In this document: positions 63,201 through 64,000 of the stretch, piece by piece
Numbering within the stretch: position 1 is the first letter of the stretch
Layout of the letters: every line of letters starts with the position of its first letter
NCBI GenBank assembly: GCA_049724395.1
Contig: JAUGWO010000149.1
Span: 1 to 64,000 of the forward strand
Direction of reading: 5' to 3'
DNA from: Spongospora subterranea f. sp. subterranea
Taxonomy: Eukaryota
Length of the DNA: 64,000 nt
Notes under the pieces: generated by a model
Database searches by the model: none
What the model was told of the DNA's origin: nothing
Seen by the model: the letters and a program-made list of their open reading frames with translations, nothing else
Program-made: the position numbers and the translations under genes

Positions 63201-64000
63201 GTTGGGTTCGCTACTGGTGCCAAAGATTACGATAGATTGCCGATTATAGGTTTCGCCTGCATCATTTGCTTCAGGTTTCCGTGTCTGCTATTTCTTGCTT
63301 GAAAGCCGCCCAACCATGTATCTCGCGCCGACATTTTTCGGGTCCGGCTGTTTGGAAAACGAACAGGCCAAAGATCCACGAGCACGCCAAGATGGCCCCT
63401 TTACCAGCCATGGTTTCGCACAGGTCCACACCTTTTCACAATCAGGTCTAGTTCTACTGAGTAGAACAAGGCGCATCAAGTGGGAATCAAGGGATTCTCG
63501 GGAACGCGACGCGCAACGCAATCAGCGGCGTCGCCGAAACTTGACGAGCACCAGCCTCAAGCACCAATTCATTCGACGGCGTTTGCTGATCTTGACAAAG
63601 AAATGGGCATTCCTTTGGTGCAGGGCGGGTCTGGTTTTACGCCATGGGTGCGGGACGCGCCGTTTCTCGGCAGCCACAAACGGGCCCGTGACTCATCGTC
63701 GACGTCCGATACCCTAAGCACGAATCTGGCTCACGCCAGAAATACCGAACAATGCAATTGCCCAAACGATCAAGACGTCAGACGATGGAGTAAAACGGGT
63801 TCTACGAAGCGCTAATCGTGGCTTTGTTCCCCCTTTTGCAACGGACATAGAGGTTTGTCGTGAACGAATCTTAGCTGGGCTGGGTTTCGAGTTTTCCAGG
63901 CTTTTATATAGCTCTTGAGAAGTTGTCGTCGAGAAATCGACGGCCAGATTTGGTCGCACAACCCTGATCCTAACGACATTGCTGAAATGTTTATAAGTTC

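Overview
Gene-dense eukaryotic genomic DNA with many short (~45-70 nt) GT-AG introns. Ciliary genes (DNAI1, TMEM237-like), intron size and transposon types suggest a flagellated protist, plausibly a phytomyxean such as Spongospora or Plasmodiophora; this is inference only. The first ~9.7 kb is a mobile-element-rich block. It holds a decayed Ty3/gypsy retrotransposon, an intronless ankyrin-like gene with a head-to-head inverted partial copy, and an IS630/Tc1/mariner (Sagan-type) transposase. That transposase appears to sit in a ~3.6 kb TA-flanked element that also carries a strongly structured region (47-bp hairpin plus 50-bp perfect palindrome) and an unknown ~300-aa cargo ORF loosely resembling, by eye, a Fanzor/TnpB RuvC region. 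A MITE follows. Host genes then run: DUSP-like pseudophosphatase, TMEM237-like, GNPTAB (Stealth), COMT-like, long-chain acyl-CoA synthetase, PDS5, SF3B1, a secreted CAP/PR-1 protein, mitochondrial phage-type RNA polymerase, DNAI1, a DENN protein, TTC38 and SGTA-like. An apparently intact PIF/Harbinger transposon lies just upstream of PDS5. The best candidate for an undescribed system is the transposon + structured region + cargo ORF unit at 5.7-9.3 kb, which needs computational confirmation. Exon boundaries were read by eye. Isolated indels in conserved genes suggest assembly errors, so frameshifts should be read cautiously.
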